Assembly: GCA_036389475.1 (NCBI GenBank)
Contig: DASVPU010000052.1
Span: 1-52,647, forward strand
Direction: 5' to 3'
Length of the DNA: 52,647 nt
From: Solirubrobacteraceae bacterium
Lineage (GTDB): Bacteria; Actinomycetota; Thermoleophilia; Solirubrobacterales; Solirubrobacteraceae
Below are positions 8,980-18,047 of this stretch, piece after piece. Under the pieces are notes generated by a model. That model was not told where the DNA came from. It ran no database searches and was given only the letters and a program-made list of their open reading frames with translations. The position numbers and the translations under genes are program-made. Position 1 is the stretch's first letter. Every line of letters starts with the position of its first letter.

Positions 8980-9773
8980 GGCCCGAGCGCCTCCAGGGCT
9001 CGTGCGCGCAGCGCGACGATCTCAGGGTCTGTGCGCCGGCGCGGGCGCGGCAGGGTGACCGTCAGCGTCGCGACGACGCGGCCGGGCCGAGCCGAGAGGA
9101 CGAGCACGCGGTCGGCGAGCACCAGCGCCTCCTCGACGTCGTGCGTGACGAGCACGACCGTGCGCGGATCCAGCGTGAGGGCCGCGGCAAGCCAGCCCTG
9201 CATCTCCATCCGCGTGATCGCATCAAGCGCTCCGAACGGCTCGTCGAGGCAGAGCAGCGGCCGGCCGGCGAGCAGGCTCCGCGCGAAGGCCACGCGCTGG
9301 CGCATGCCACCCGACAGCTGGTGCGGCCGCGCCCGCTCGAACCCGGCGAGGCCGAAGTCGCGCAGGAGCGCCGCGGCGCGCTCGCGCGCCTCGTCGCGAG
9401 TGAGTCCGGCGACGCGCAGCGCGACGGCCGCGTTGTCGACGGCACTCGCCCAGGGCAGCAGCAGGTCGCGCTGGGCCATGAGCGCCGCCGGGACGGAGTC
9501 GACGCTGCCGGCATCGGGCTCGATGAGCCCGCAGACGAGCTCGAGCAGCGTCGTCTTGCCGCAGCCGGAAGGTCCGACGACGGCGACTATCTCGCCGCTC
9601 GCGACGTGGAGGCTGAGCCCGTCCAGCGCGGTGACGGCGAGCCCACCGCGGCGCGCGGGCGCGAACGTCTTGCTGACGCCGTCAAGGCTCACAGCGCCGC
9701 TTCCGGTCACCTTCACCGGCGGCGCCGTCTCGGGCGCCCGTATCCGCGTCAGCATCGCTCCCTCCGCGGGCAT
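8976..9773 (-). CDS. thiZ: ABC transporter ATP-binding protein
   Basis: Walker A 'GPSGCGKTTLLELV', signature 'LSGGMRQRVAFARSL' and Walker B 'LLCLDEPFGALD'. Confidence 0.9.
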   Translation of the reverse strand: MPAEGAMLTRIRAPETAPPVKVTGSGAVSLDGVSKTFAPARRGGLAVTALDGLSLHVASGEIVAVVGPSGCGKTTLLELVCGLIEPDAGSVDSVPAALMAQRDLLLPWASAVDNAAVALRVAGLTRDEARERAAALLRDFGLAGFERARPHQLSGGMRQRVAFARSLLAGRPLLCLDEPFGALDAITRMEMQGWLAAALTLDPRTVVLVTHDVEEALVLADRVLVLSARPGRVVATLTVTLPRPRRRTDPEIVALRARALEALGP

Positions 9774-9856
9774 TACCCCACAGGTTCGAAGGGTCAGCGT
9801 CGCACGGTGGGCGCTATCTCAGCCGGCCTGCCGCCAGCCCCCCTGGTTATCAGCCG
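9774..9856 (-). promoter_or_regulatory. TPP (thiamine pyrophosphate) riboswitch
   Basis: The minus strand reads GGGGGGCUGG...GGCUGAGAUAGCG(variable stem)CGCUGACCCUUCGAACCUGUGGGGUAAUGCCCGCGGAGGGAGCG-AUG. The CUGAGA, ACCCUU-GAACCUG and GGGUAAUGCCC-GCG-GAGGGA blocks match the THI-element consensus. The 3' arm contains the SD of the ATG at 9773. Confidence 0.75.
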
Positions 9857-10108
9857 ATCCACCGTAGCAGAGCCAAATTCAGCCCCGAAACCAGGCGTCC
9901 GCCCGGTTCGTGCGTAGGAGCGATCGTTGACTGCTGGATCCGATTCGCGGTACGTTTGGATCGAGCTGCGAGGAGGCAGGTTGCTCCAGGGTCGATACGT
10001 ACGGCTATGAGGACGTAGCAGGCGTTCTGCCTTACACCCTGTCCAGGCCGCTGTCTCCGCCGCCCTCCCGTCAGGCGGCTGGTTCTCGAGCGCATGGCCT
10101 GGCTGCGC

Positions 10109-10453
10109 TTATTTCTTCTTGCGGGCGACGGCGCGCTTGAGCTCGTCCTTGTTCATCTTCGAGCGTCCGTCGATGCCGAGCTGGCGGGCCTCGTTGTAGA
10201 GCTGGTCGCGCGTAGGCCCCTTCTCGCGGTCCGTGCCGGAGCGAAGCCCGCCGCGGCGGCCGGAGGAGATGTCCTCGACCGACGTGCGTGAGCGCGTGCG
10301 AGACTCGCCGGCCCGCGCGCGCTCCTTGTTGACCGTCCTGGCCGCGATCTCCTCCGCCTCGTCCTCGGAACGACCCTGATCTCGCAGGCCGTCCTTGATG
10401 TGCTCGTACTGACGGGCGCGCTTGGTGCCCTTCTTCACGCCGGCAGGTGGCAT
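10109..10453 (-). CDS. small basic protein with a C-terminal Rho-N/SAP-like domain
   Basis: Start at 'MPPAGVKKGTKRARQYEHIK' with AGGGAG upstream. C-terminal 'TRDQLYNEARQLGIDGRSKMNKDELKRAVARKKK'. Confidence 0.5.
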   Translation of the reverse strand: MPPAGVKKGTKRARQYEHIKDGLRDQGRSEDEAEEIAARTVNKERARAGESRTRSRTSVEDISSGRRGGLRSGTDREKGPTRDQLYNEARQLGIDGRSKMNKDELKRAVARKKK

Positions 10454-10578
10454 GGGCAAACTCCCTTTGATCGCATCTCCGAGGGTTCCTCTACCCGGTA
10501 GGCGTCGCCCGCAGGCGCCGCGGACGGGCACCGCAGGCCGGTGAGTGACGCACGCATCAGCGGGTACCGTGCGACGAC

Positions 10579-11748
10579 GTGCGCAACCTCATGATCCCCC
10601 GCGAGCCGACCAACGATCCCGCCGCGCTGCCGCTCGATCGGGCGTGGCTGCGGGCGACGTTCGACATCGAGCGTCCCTGCACGATCGGCCTCGAGGAGGA
10701 GCTCATGCTGCTCGATCCGGCCACGCTGGACCTCGCGCCGTGCGCGAGCGAGACGATAGCCGCGATGGGCGGGGACAAGCGCTTCAAGCTCGAGCTGGTC
10801 GCAGCCCAGATCGAGAGCGTCACCGTGCCGGTGCAGACCGTCTCCCGGGCGGCGGCCGCCCTGAGCGCCGCGCGGCGCGATCTGCAAGCGGCACTTGAGG
10901 ACACTACGCTCGTCGCGGGAGCGGGCATGCATCCGTTCGCCGACCCCCTTGGGGAGCTCAACGACGGCCTGCGATACGAGGCGCTGAGCGAGGAGTTCGC
11001 GAGCGTCGCGCGGCGTCAGCTCGTGTTCGGGCTGCACGTCCACGTCGCGGTCAGCGGTGCCGCGCGGGCGATCGCCGTGCATGACGCGCTGCGCTCCTAC
11101 CTGCCCGAGATCGCTGCGCTCGGCGCCAACGCGCCGTTTTACGACGGGCGCGACAGCGGCCTCGCCTCGGTGCGGCCGACGATCGTGACGGCCCTGCCGC
11201 GCCAGGGCATTCCGCCGGCGCTGCGCAGCTGGGACGCGTTTCTCGCCGCGCTGAGCTGGGCCGCAAACGCCGGTGCCCTGCCCGACCCGCGACGCTGGTG
11301 GTGGGATCTGCGGCTGCACCCGATTCACGGCACGATCGAGGTGCGCGTCCTCGACACGCAGACGACGGTGAGCGAGACGGCTGCCATCGCGGCGCTCGTG
11401 CACGCGCTGGTCGCGACGCTCGCGGAGCGCTTCGACGCCGGCGCGTGCCTGCCGGTGGCGCCGACCTGGCGGATCGCCGAGAACCGCTGGTGGGCGACCC
11501 GCGACGGGCTCGACGCGCGGCTCGCCGACCTGCTGACCGGCGAGCGCACTGCGGTGCGCGAGCGCCTGCATGCGCTGCTGGACGAAGTCGCCCCGGCTGC
11601 GCAGCGACTAGGTTGCGCCGCCGAGCTGGACGATGCGCGCGCGCTCGTGGACGGGCGCGGCGGGGCGGGACATCAGCGCGAGGTTGCCCAGAGCGATGGC
11701 CTCGGCGGCCTCGTCGCGTGGCTTGCCGATCAATTGCTGTTCGGGTAG
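10579..11748 (+). CDS. carboxylate-amine ligase, glutamate-cysteine ligase family 2 (YbdK-type)
   Basis: 'IGLEEELMLLDP', 'ELVAAQIESVT', 'FGLHVHVAV', 'LGANAPFYDGRDSGLAS', 'WWDLRLHPIHGTIEVRVLD'. Confidence 0.85.
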   Translation: MRNLMIPREPTNDPAALPLDRAWLRATFDIERPCTIGLEEELMLLDPATLDLAPCASETIAAMGGDKRFKLELVAAQIESVTVPVQTVSRAAAALSAARRDLQAALEDTTLVAGAGMHPFADPLGELNDGLRYEALSEEFASVARRQLVFGLHVHVAVSGAARAIAVHDALRSYLPEIAALGANAPFYDGRDSGLASVRPTIVTALPRQGIPPALRSWDAFLAALSWAANAGALPDPRRWWWDLRLHPIHGTIEVRVLDTQTTVSETAAIAALVHALVATLAERFDAGACLPVAPTWRIAENRWWATRDGLDARLADLLTGERTAVRERLHALLDEVAPAAQRLGCAAELDDARALVDGRGGAGHQREVAQSDGLGGLVAWLADQLLFG

Positions 11749-11758
11749 AGCCCGTCAG

Positions 11759-12904
11759 GTGAGCCGTGTCGCGCGGGCGCACGCTCACGCAGTCCAGACT
11801 CCGCGAGGCGCCGTGGATCCGGCTGATGAAGACGAATCGGCGCCGTTACCCAGGCGTTCCGGGCTGCCTGCCGCTGGGTACGTCGCAGTCGTGCTTGCAC
11901 TCCCAGAATCGCGTGGCGAGATCTCGGAGCTCCTGCTCGGCGCGCTTGCGCGCCCCGTTCACCCAGTCGCCGCACCGCCCGTCGCCACCCCGGCGGACCC
12001 GCTCGCCGACGAGGATTTGCAGCTCGCGCTCTATCTCTGTTATGAGCTGCATTACCGCGGCCTGCCCAGCGTGCCCGACGAGTGGGAGTGGGAGCCGACC
12101 CTGCTGGCCCTGCGCCGCGCGCTCGAAGCCTGCTTCGAGACCGCGCTGCACGCCGCCGTGCCCGCGCCGCCTATGCCGCCGCCCGAGCCAGAGGAGATGG
12201 ACCTCGCCCTACGCGCCGTGGCCGAATCCGACGACGGGCCGTCGCTGTCGCGCTTCCTCGAACGCCGTGCGTCGTGGGAGCAGGTCCTGGAGTTCGTCGC
12301 GCACCGCTCCGCCTACCAGCTCAAGGAGGCTGACCCGCACTCGTGGGCACTGCCGCGCCTGCACGGCCCGCCGAAGGCCGCGCTCGTGCAGATCCAGGCA
12401 GACGAGTACGGAAACGGGCGCGCCGAGTGCATCCACGCCGAGCTGTTCGCGGACGCGATGGACGAGCTTGGCCTCGACGCCCGCTACGGCGCCTACATCG
12501 ATCACCTGCCCGGCGTCACGCTGGCGACCGTCAACCTCATGTCGCTCTTCGGTCTGCACCGCCGCTGGCGCGGCGCGATCGTCGGACACCTGGCGCTGTT
12601 CGAGATGGAGTCCTCGATTCCCAACCGCCGCTACGCGACGGGCCTGCGCCGGCTTGGCTGCGCAGAGCGTGCGACGGCGTTCTTCGACGAGCACGTGCAG
12701 GCCGATGCGATTCACGAGCAGATCGCCGCAGTCGATCTTGCCGGCGGCCTGGCCCGCCAGCAGCCGCAGTTGACCGGCGACATCCTCTGGGGAGCGGCGA
12801 CGCTCGTCGAGCTGGACGCGCGCCTGGCACGTCACATCCTCGGCGCCTGGGAGAACGAGGCCAGCTCGCTGCGCACGCCGCTGGCGGCGCCACTGGAGGC
12901 GTAA
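11759..12904 (+). CDS. heme-oxygenase-like iron-containing redox enzyme family protein
   Basis: Helical protein with paired carboxylate/His motifs 'QIQADEYGNGRAECIHAELF', 'LALFEMES' and 'FFDEHVQADAIHEQ'. GTG 11759 lies 10 nt after the upstream stop. The start is uncertain. Confidence 0.6.
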   Translation: MSRVARAHAHAVQTPRGAVDPADEDESAPLPRRSGLPAAGYVAVVLALPESRGEISELLLGALARPVHPVAAPPVATPADPLADEDLQLALYLCYELHYRGLPSVPDEWEWEPTLLALRRALEACFETALHAAVPAPPMPPPEPEEMDLALRAVAESDDGPSLSRFLERRASWEQVLEFVAHRSAYQLKEADPHSWALPRLHGPPKAALVQIQADEYGNGRAECIHAELFADAMDELGLDARYGAYIDHLPGVTLATVNLMSLFGLHRRWRGAIVGHLALFEMESSIPNRRYATGLRRLGCAERATAFFDEHVQADAIHEQIAAVDLAGGLARQQPQLTGDILWGAATLVELDARLARHILGAWENEASSLRTPLAAPLEA

Positions 12905-12907
12905 GCG

Positions 12908-13144
12908 CTACCCGGTCTCGCGCCCGGACTCGACCCCGCTCGGCGCGCGGAAGCGCACGAGCTTGTGGGTGCCGTCGCAGAACGGGCGCGTGCGCGACTT
13001 GCCGCAGCGACACAGCGCGATGGCGGCGCGCTTGGCATCGATCGGGTTGCCGTCCTGATCTTCGAGCACGAACGGCCCGCGCACGAGCAGCGGCCCGTCG
13101 CGGTAGCTCGTGATACGGGCAGGGTCCATGGCGGGCGCTGTCAT
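12908..13144 (-). CDS. CDGSH iron-sulfur domain-containing protein
   Basis: 'GPLLVRGPFVLEDQDG' and the cluster-binding motif 'CRCGKSRTRPFCDGTH'. An alternative ATG lies at 13129. Confidence 0.8.
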   Translation of the reverse strand: MTAPAMDPARITSYRDGPLLVRGPFVLEDQDGNPIDAKRAAIALCRCGKSRTRPFCDGTHKLVRFRAPSGVESGRETG

Positions 13145-13176
13145 GCCCGGCGGCGCGCCGGTGCATGCGCTTCTGG

Positions 13177-14541
13177 TCAGACCGTGTGCACCGGGCGCGC
13201 CAGCGCCTTGACGAAATCCTCCAGCTGGCCGGTCGTCCAGCACTCAAAGGCCTGGCAGTGGCGCTCGTACGTCGCGATGACCGAGTCGCCGTAATTCCAA
13301 TACAGTCGCGGCTCGGGGTTCAGCCAGAATGTGCGCCCGGCGACAGCCGCGACCTCGGCGAAGATGTCCGCGCGCGGATCGCGGCCGTTGGTGCGGGCGT
13401 CGCCGAGCACGATGACGGTCGCGCGCGGATGCAGGTCGTCTTCGACGAGCGTGCGGAACTCCGACCAGACGCGCCCGTAGTCGGTGTAGCCGCTTACGTC
13501 GGCAACCCCTGCGTCGCGGCCGATTGCCTCCGAAACGGCGCGAAAGTCGCGCTCGCGCCCGAAGACGTCGGTCACCTCGCTGATGCGCTCGATGAAGACG
13601 AAGGAGCGCATCTTTCGAAACGAGTCATGCAGGGCGTGCAGCACGGACAGAAAGAACACCGAAGCGCTCGTGACGCTCGTCGAGACATCGCACAGCACGT
13701 AGATCTCCGGTCGCCGCGGGCGCACGGGCTTGAAGCGCAGCTGCGCCGGTACCCCGCCGGTCTGCAGCGAGGCGCGCATCGTGCGCCGCACGTCGACGTG
13801 AGCATGGCGGCTGTGGCCGCGGTGCTCCTGGCCCTGCGTCTTCAGCCGCCGCTTGAGCTGTGCGACGACGCGGTGTACCGCCGCGAGATCCTGCAGCGGC
13901 CCGGACGGAAGCGCCCGGTCAAGCTCGTTCAGCGGCCGCGACGGCGGCAGCTTCTCGGTGCGCTCGATCTGGCCGCGCTCGAGCTCGCGGCGCAGGAGCG
14001 CCTCGAAGCGCCGCAGCGCGTCGCGCGGGATGCCGGCGCGGCGGGGATCGTCCTCGGGCAGGTCGCGCTGCGGCTCCGAGCGCAGGCCCAACGCGCGCCG
14101 GATGCGCTGCACGTCCACGCCGATGACACCCGAACCCTGGCCCTGGCGGCCGAACGCCGCGATCGCCAGCCGTGCCAGGTCGCGCAGCGTGCCCTCCGCG
14201 CCCTCGCGCATGGCCGCGGCAATCCGGCGGCGTAGCTCGTCGAGGTCGATCTGTTCGCAGAGCTCCGCGAGGTCCCCGCTTGTCTGGTTGCCCTCGCGCA
14301 CGCTCTCGCGGATCGCGGCGGCCTCTGCGGCGCGAAAGAAGTAGCGCTCGAAGACGAGCTCGAAGATGCGGCGGTCCTCCTGTGACTTCGCGAGCGTCGC
14401 GGCAAGCGCCTCCCGGAAGTCCTGCGGCTCGGTCCAGGTGATCTGCGCGAGGACCGCGAACGCGTCGAGCAGCTCGGCGGTTCCGCTGCCGACGCCCTCG
14501 CTGCGCAGCTGCTCGCAAAACTCGACCAGCCGGGCCGACAT
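13177..14541 (-). CDS. VWA domain-containing CoxE-like protein
   Basis: MIDAS 'IYVLCDVSTSVTS'. CoxE-like N-terminus 'LVEFCEQLRSEGVGSGTAELLDAF'. Lies 20 nt downstream of the MoxR gene. Confidence 0.75.
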   Translation of the reverse strand: MSARLVEFCEQLRSEGVGSGTAELLDAFAVLAQITWTEPQDFREALAATLAKSQEDRRIFELVFERYFFRAAEAAAIRESVREGNQTSGDLAELCEQIDLDELRRRIAAAMREGAEGTLRDLARLAIAAFGRQGQGSGVIGVDVQRIRRALGLRSEPQRDLPEDDPRRAGIPRDALRRFEALLRRELERGQIERTEKLPPSRPLNELDRALPSGPLQDLAAVHRVVAQLKRRLKTQGQEHRGHSRHAHVDVRRTMRASLQTGGVPAQLRFKPVRPRRPEIYVLCDVSTSVTSASVFFLSVLHALHDSFRKMRSFVFIERISEVTDVFGRERDFRAVSEAIGRDAGVADVSGYTDYGRVWSEFRTLVEDDLHPRATVIVLGDARTNGRDPRADIFAEVAAVAGRTFWLNPEPRLYWNYGDSVIATYERHCQAFECWTTGQLEDFVKALARPVHTV

Positions 14542-14560
14542 GCCCGGTGGACCGGAGCCC

Positions 14561-15463
14561 TCAGGTGCGCGAATGGGCCGCAAGGCCGGCCGCCGGATCG
14601 AGCTTCACCCCGACGCGCTCGGCCACGACGTCGAGGTCGGTGCGGTGCTTGACGATCACCGACAGGGTCTCGCGGAAGACGGTGGCGTCGATGTCCTGCG
14701 CCCCGAGCAGCAGCAGCGCGCGCGCCCAGTCGATCGACTCGGCGATCGAGGGCGGCTTCTTGAGGTCGAGGTCGCGCACCATCCCGATGATCTCGACGAG
14801 CTTGCGCGTGACGGTCTCCTGCAGCTCAGGGACGTGCAGGCGGACGATCGCGAGCTCGTGCTCGAGCTGTGGATAGTCCAGCCAGAGATATAGGCAGCGA
14901 CGCTTGAGCGCCTCGGTCAGCTCGCGTGAGTTGTTGGAGGTCAGCAGCACGACGGGGTGCGTCCGGGCCTCGACGCGCCCCAGCTCCGGGATCGAGATCT
15001 GGAAGTCCGACAGCAGCTCGAGCAGCATCGCCTCGAACTCCTGATCGGTCTTGTCGATCTCGTCGATGAGCAGCACGATCGGCTGCTCGGACGTGATTGC
15101 GTCCATGAGCGGCCTGGAGAGCAGGAACTCCTCGCCGAAGATGTCGTCCTGCACCTCGTCCCAGCCGGTGCCCCGGCCTTCGGCCTGGATGCGCAGCAGT
15201 TGCTTGCGGTAGTTCCATTCGTACAGGGCCTTGGCCTCGTCGAGGCCCTCGTAGCACTGCAGCCTGACGAGCCGGCGGGCGAGGACCTTCGACAGCGCCT
15301 TGGCGAGCTCGGTCTTGCCGACGCCCGCCGGACCCTCGACGAGGATCGGCTTGCCCAGCTTGCAGGCCAGAAACGAGACGAGTGCGGTCGCCTGCGCCGG
15401 CAGGTATCCGACCTCCCGCAAACCCTCGGCGACGGCTTGCACGGACTCGGGAGCGGCTGCCAT
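14561..15463 (-). CDS. MoxR/CoxD-like AAA+ ATPase
   Basis: Walker A 'VEGPAGVGKTELAKAL', Walker B 'VLLIDEIDK' and 'LEAMLLELLSDFQISIPELG'. Confidence 0.85.
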   Translation of the reverse strand: MAAAPESVQAVAEGLREVGYLPAQATALVSFLACKLGKPILVEGPAGVGKTELAKALSKVLARRLVRLQCYEGLDEAKALYEWNYRKQLLRIQAEGRGTGWDEVQDDIFGEEFLLSRPLMDAITSEQPIVLLIDEIDKTDQEFEAMLLELLSDFQISIPELGRVEARTHPVVLLTSNNSRELTEALKRRCLYLWLDYPQLEHELAIVRLHVPELQETVTRKLVEIIGMVRDLDLKKPPSIAESIDWARALLLLGAQDIDATVFRETLSVIVKHRTDLDVVAERVGVKLDPAAGLAAHSRT

Positions 15464-15489
15464 GTTGTGTGGATGATAGGAACTCTCGC

Positions 15490-15723
15490 GTGGCCGCTTT
15501 CATCCTCGGCGTCTCTGATCCATCGGCGGCGCCGGTAGCGGCACTGATCGCGTTCGGCGCGATCGTCGGGATCGCCGGTCACCTCGCCGGCTCACGGAAG
15601 ACCGTCGTCGTCGGGATCGCGATCCTCTTCGTTGCGACGGCCCTGATGATCGTCGGTGCGTACGTGTCCTACCAGGGCGGAGCCGAGGATCCGCGGCCCT
15701 GCCATGCGCCGGGAGGCTGCTGA
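15490..15723 (+). CDS. hypothetical small membrane protein
   Basis: GTG 15490. Two hydrophobic helices ('AALIAFGAIVGIAGHL', 'VVVGIAILFVATALMIVGAYV'). No family recognised. Confidence 0.3.
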   Translation: MAAFILGVSDPSAAPVAALIAFGAIVGIAGHLAGSRKTVVVGIAILFVATALMIVGAYVSYQGGAEDPRPCHAPGGC

Positions 15724-15746
15724 GCGCTGAGGGGAACCTGTCGCGG

Positions 15747-16673
15747 TCAGCGCTGCCCACCCGAGGCAGCCAATTGCTCGCGGAGGAACGGAATGACGAG
15801 CGAGGCTACGCGTTCGGGATCCTCGAGAAACAGCCAATGTCCGTGCCCGTCCAATACCTCGACGCGGGCCGATGGGAAGGCTTGGCGTTGGCGCTCGGCC
15901 TGCTCGTCCGGGAGGTAGGCGTCGTGCGTTCCCCATAACACCAGCGCCGGGCGGTCCAGTGCGCGCAGCGCTTCTGATCGAGCGCCGAGCGAGGTGGCGG
16001 GCGTTGCGCGGTACAGCTTCAGGACCGCGCGCTTGGTAGCCCACGTGCGCGCCTGATCATAGATGCGGTCTATCTCGTCGCGGGACAGCCGCGGGTTGCC
16101 TCTGCCGACGAGCAGTCGGAAACCCGTTCGCGTGGTCGTGGCTTGAAAGATCTCGCCGACGATGGGCGTACGCCAGATCTTGGCGAAGGAATGCCACTTG
16201 TAGTCAATCAAGACGCCGGTATTGATGAGCGTCGCGCTCGCGAATGCAGCTGGATGGCGCACCGCCCACTCCAGGGCCCAAGGTCCGCCGAAATCGTGCG
16301 CCACGAGGTGAGCGCGCTTGACACCGAGCTGGTCAAGGAGGCCCGCCAAGTGATTGGCGTAGCCAACGATCGTGTAGTCAAAATCACGGGGTTTGTCGGC
16401 GCCACCGTAGCCGGGCATGTCCGGAGCGATGGCGCGCGCAACGCTACCGACGCGTTCGAGCAGATTGATCCAGTCATCACCGGGTCCGGGGTTGCCGTGA
16501 ACGAAGACGACCGCTTCGGTGGCGTCTGCCGGACCCGCGTGCAGTACAGGGCAGCGCACGCCCCCGACCGTGATCTGGGTGCTTGAGACCGTCACGCGCG
16601 CGGTCTCGTGCGCAGAGGGATTTCGGCCGTGTGCCACGGCAGCATCGACGACCTCGGGCGCAACGTCGCCCAC
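15747..16673 (-). CDS. alpha/beta hydrolase (haloalkane dehalogenase / epoxide hydrolase type)
   Basis: 'VVFVHGNPGPGDDW', Asp-nucleophile elbow 'LVAHDFGGPWALEWA' and C-terminal 'GHWLFLEDPERV'. Confidence 0.8.
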   Translation of the reverse strand: MGDVAPEVVDAAVAHGRNPSAHETARVTVSSTQITVGGVRCPVLHAGPADATEAVVFVHGNPGPGDDWINLLERVGSVARAIAPDMPGYGGADKPRDFDYTIVGYANHLAGLLDQLGVKRAHLVAHDFGGPWALEWAVRHPAAFASATLINTGVLIDYKWHSFAKIWRTPIVGEIFQATTTRTGFRLLVGRGNPRLSRDEIDRIYDQARTWATKRAVLKLYRATPATSLGARSEALRALDRPALVLWGTHDAYLPDEQAERQRQAFPSARVEVLDGHGHWLFLEDPERVASLVIPFLREQLAASGGQR

Positions 16674-16872
16674 GGAGAACCGGCGCGGCCCGCTCCGACC
16701 ACGATTACGCCCAGCCGGTCAGACACTGTTCTCCCATCTCGTTGTCGTCGACCGTGACCGCACCGCCTGTACGCGCCATGACGAGCCACGCGGCGGCCAC
16801 CTGACGGGCGCGGGCGAGCGGGTCACGTGGGCGCCCGAGCGGTCACCGGCGCGCGCGAGCGAGTCACGAATT

Positions 16873-17583
16873 TCAGTTGCCCTCGCGAGCCCGTGGGATC
16901 TCTGCGGGGCGCACCGGCGGCTCGCGGGGTGGGTCGTCGAACGTCAACTCCTTGGCGTCGTCACGCGTGACTTCGCGGCTGCGCCGTTGCTCGCGGCGGA
17001 CCACTTGCGTCGGTCGCTTGGACAACGTCACGACTTCGGTCCCGTCCTCGCCAGGCGCGGCGGGCGATGGCGACGGCGACGGCGACGGAGGGGCATCGCG
17101 CGGGCGCGACTCGGGCTCGGGCCGGTGGGCCGCCTGGATGCGCCGGCCGGCGTAGGCAAGCGCGCCGGCTGCGACGAACGCCACGAAGAATCCCCACTGA
17201 ATGCCAACGGTACCGGCGTCGCCGCTGACGTTCGGGCGGTCGAAGACGCGATAGAAGATCAGCGCGGCCGCCCACAGGCCGGCGCCGAAGATGACCGCCC
17301 CGTCGCCGCCGGGCAGATGGAACGACTTGCGGTCGGCGCGTGCGAGCACAAGCGTGAGCACTCCCGCGGCGACGAGGAAGATCGCGGCTTCGACGAACGA
17401 CACCGCGCCGAACGCGTTGATCGTCTCGTGCGCGAAGGTCGTGCTGCCCATGACGACGACCGACTTCTCATACCAAGGCAGGAACATCGCGAACAGCAGC
17501 CCCAGCGCCGCCGCGGCAGCGAATCGCTGATCGGGATCGAGCGCCTGGACGGCGTCGCGCAGGCGCTGCGCGGCGCTGCTCAC
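16873..17583 (-). CDS. hypothetical integral membrane protein with a Pro/Ser-rich cytoplasmic tail
   Basis: GTGA start/stop overlap with the EVE gene at 17580-17583. Four or five hydrophobic helices, then 'PPSPSPSPSPAAPGEDG'. Confidence 0.5.
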   Translation of the reverse strand: MSSAAQRLRDAVQALDPDQRFAAAAALGLLFAMFLPWYEKSVVVMGSTTFAHETINAFGAVSFVEAAIFLVAAGVLTLVLARADRKSFHLPGGDGAVIFGAGLWAAALIFYRVFDRPNVSGDAGTVGIQWGFFVAFVAAGALAYAGRRIQAAHRPEPESRPRDAPPSPSPSPSPAAPGEDGTEVVTLSKRPTQVVRREQRRSREVTRDDAKELTFDDPPREPPVRPAEIPRAREGN

Positions 17584-18047
17584 GCCGAGACGCCGGCGGC
17601 CGCCTGCATGCGGTCCATGAGCAGCGCGGCGTCGGCATCGGAGACCGTGCGCAGCTGACCTTGGAAGGCGAGCTTCCAATGCTCCGCCGGCCATTTGCGG
17701 ATGTGCTCGAGGCCGTCCTTGAGCGACTCGGCGCTGACCCAGTCGTGTTCCTCGAGCACGAGTTCGGGCTCGGTCTCCAATCGCCACGGGTATAGGTCCG
17801 CCTTACCGGGCTTGCCCGGCCAGATCCTCGTGCGATCCTCGTACAGCTCGCCGGTGATGCGGACTGCCGCAGCGAAGCGCATGACGCGGGTGAGGTACAG
17901 CACGATCCGGTCGCCGGGCGCCATCTGCAGCGCCTGGTTGCGGCGCCGCTCCTTGCAGCCGATGACCGAGAAGCCGTGCGCGGCCGTCGCCGCGTAGTTC
18001 TCGGGCGAGCCGGTGAGGATCCACGTGCGGGCGTCGTCCGCGGTCAT
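17580..18047 (-). CDS. EVE (PUA-like) domain-containing protein
   Basis: 'WILTGSPENY', 'MAPGDRIVLYLT', 'FAAAVRITGELYEDRTRIWPG ... YPWRLETEP'. Confidence 0.65.
   Translation of the reverse strand: MTADDARTWILTGSPENYAATAAHGFSVIGCKERRRNQALQMAPGDRIVLYLTRVMRFAAAVRITGELYEDRTRIWPGKPGKADLYPWRLETEPELVLEEHDWVSAESLKDGLEHIRKWPAEHWKLAFQGQLRTVSDADAALLMDRMQAAAGVSA

Noticed and set aside
9857-10108. 250-nt comparatively AT-rich gap with the 81-aa ORF 9850-10095. I checked it for a small gene, tRNA or sRNA.
   Set aside because: The ORF has no RBS and overlaps the riboswitch 5' flank. I could not find a cloverleaf or a conserved-looking structure. The gap is most simply the promoter region of the riboswitch operon plus the 3' flank of the Rho-N-like gene.
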